A stretch of 64,000 nucleotides of DNA, taken from assembly GCA_002633005.1 (NCBI GenBank), contig NMRA01000616.1, positions 182,941 through 246,940 of the forward strand, in the 5' to 3' direction. Shown piece after piece: positions 62,882-64,000 of this stretch. The notes below the pieces were generated by a model. That model saw only the letters and a program-made list of their open reading frames with translations, made no database searches and was not told the origin of the DNA. Numbering within the stretch: position 1 is the stretch's first letter; each line of letters starts with the position of its first letter. The position numbers were made by a program, and so were the translations under genes. The stretch comes from Phoronis australis (Eukaryota > Animalia > Phoronida).

Positions 62882-64000
62882 AGGCGAATGCCACCCGATT
62901 TAATTAGTCTTTTTTGCCGTCTTAATCGGTCTATTTCCACATCGCCTCACATACGGTCGACCTTACCTTGCCAAGAGGTGTTGCGTTAACCTGTGAGGAA
63001 GGTGAGAAACGACGCTAGCGACGTCAGTGGTTCATATGCAGAGTGAATGCCGCTATGTTGCGGTGTATCGTTCCCGCTTGTCCGAACTAAGCAGCCACGA
63101 GGAAAGCGAGTATATCGTTTTTTTTTACTTCCTCGAGAGTCCAAAATGCTTAGGAAGTGGCTCATGGTAGTGAAGAATGAAGTGTACGCTATAAATAGCA
63201 AGTATGAGGCCGTGAAACATCTCCGTGTCTGTGGCCTGCACGAATGCCGGCTTACCAAATAACTCCATGCGTTCCGTTGTCTGAGCTTGTTCACGGCGCC
63301 TCTCTAGTACCGTACGGTATTTCTTCATCACTGTATTCCTGTTCGAATTGATAGGCTGTAAAACTTAATGATCCGCCTGCGAAGTCGGTATTGATGAGCT
63401 TCTCTAGCTCGTCCTAAGTCGGGATTGCGAGTTGCCATGTTGGCGTTTATTACTGAGCGTTCTGTTTCAAAATGAATAGTTCACGGCGCCTCTCTAGTAT
63501 TTCTTCATCACTGTATTCCTGTTCGAATTGATAGCCTGTAAAACTTAATGATTCGCCTGCGAAGTCGGTATTGATGAGCCGCTCTAGCTCGTCCTAAGTC
63601 GGGATTGCGAGTTGCCATGTTGGCGTTTATTACTGAGCGTTCTGTTTCAAAATGAATTATTCTCACCCTAACCAATACTTATATAAAACTGAAACAAAAT
63701 CTGTCTCATTAGATGCAATTTGTAATGCCTTTGTAGTGTTCGTGAGTGCACGAAATGATTTGAGAAGCCAGAAATGAATAACTCACTGCATTACCGGCTT
63801 TAGGTGCAATAAAATTAATTAACGGGACACCGCGAGGCCGTGCCAGCTCATGCTAATTTAGTGTTTGCTGGCAGAAACTGTTGTGAAACAACTCGATTTC
63901 CACCCCACGACCAGGTGTTAGGGTAATCTTTATTTACATTTACATTACTCAAATAATGATTGTCAATGTACAACTTCTGCCCTGACGGTGCTGTGGCCAA
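62882..64000. mobile_element. TTAA-targeted DNA transposon (Kolobok-like) with a degenerate THAP zinc finger, running off the window
   Basis: Homology to copy A stops exactly at TTAA (62878-62881 vs 18701) and is followed by AGG. ORF 63047-63262 MPLCC...FFLLP...RKWL...LRVCGLH fits the THAP pattern. A ~180-bp tandem duplication lies at 63290-63657. Confidence 0.65.

Overview
Animal (invertebrate-type, intron-rich) genomic DNA. The window is mostly a tail-to-tail inverted duplication of an M13-family zinc metallopeptidase gene (neprilysin/endothelin-converting-enzyme-like). Copy A lies on + at 136-31575: 20 phase-consistent coding exons, about 754 aa, type II TM anchor, HELTH / ENIADNGG / DPH / C-terminal CKVW motifs. 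Copy B lies on - and exons 10-20 are at 62305-41475, with the 5' part outside the window. Each arm also carries, 3' of its gene, an opposite-strand relic of exons 14/15-16, so four copies of the zinc-binding exon alternate +/-/+/-. A near-intact REL-type (HERO/NeSL-like) non-LTR retrotransposon sits in the spacer at the centre of the palindrome. Intron 13 of copy B holds a 9.6-kb foldback element whose inverted arms are built from ~365-bp satellite-like units around TGCGGAA-N2/3-TTCCGCA palindromes. Other elements: a deleted Gypsy LTR element, a truncated CR1/L2-group LINE, a DNA element splitting a duplicated exon-2 head, a THAP-bearing TTAA insertion, and several MITEs. All alignments were done by eye and no database was searched.
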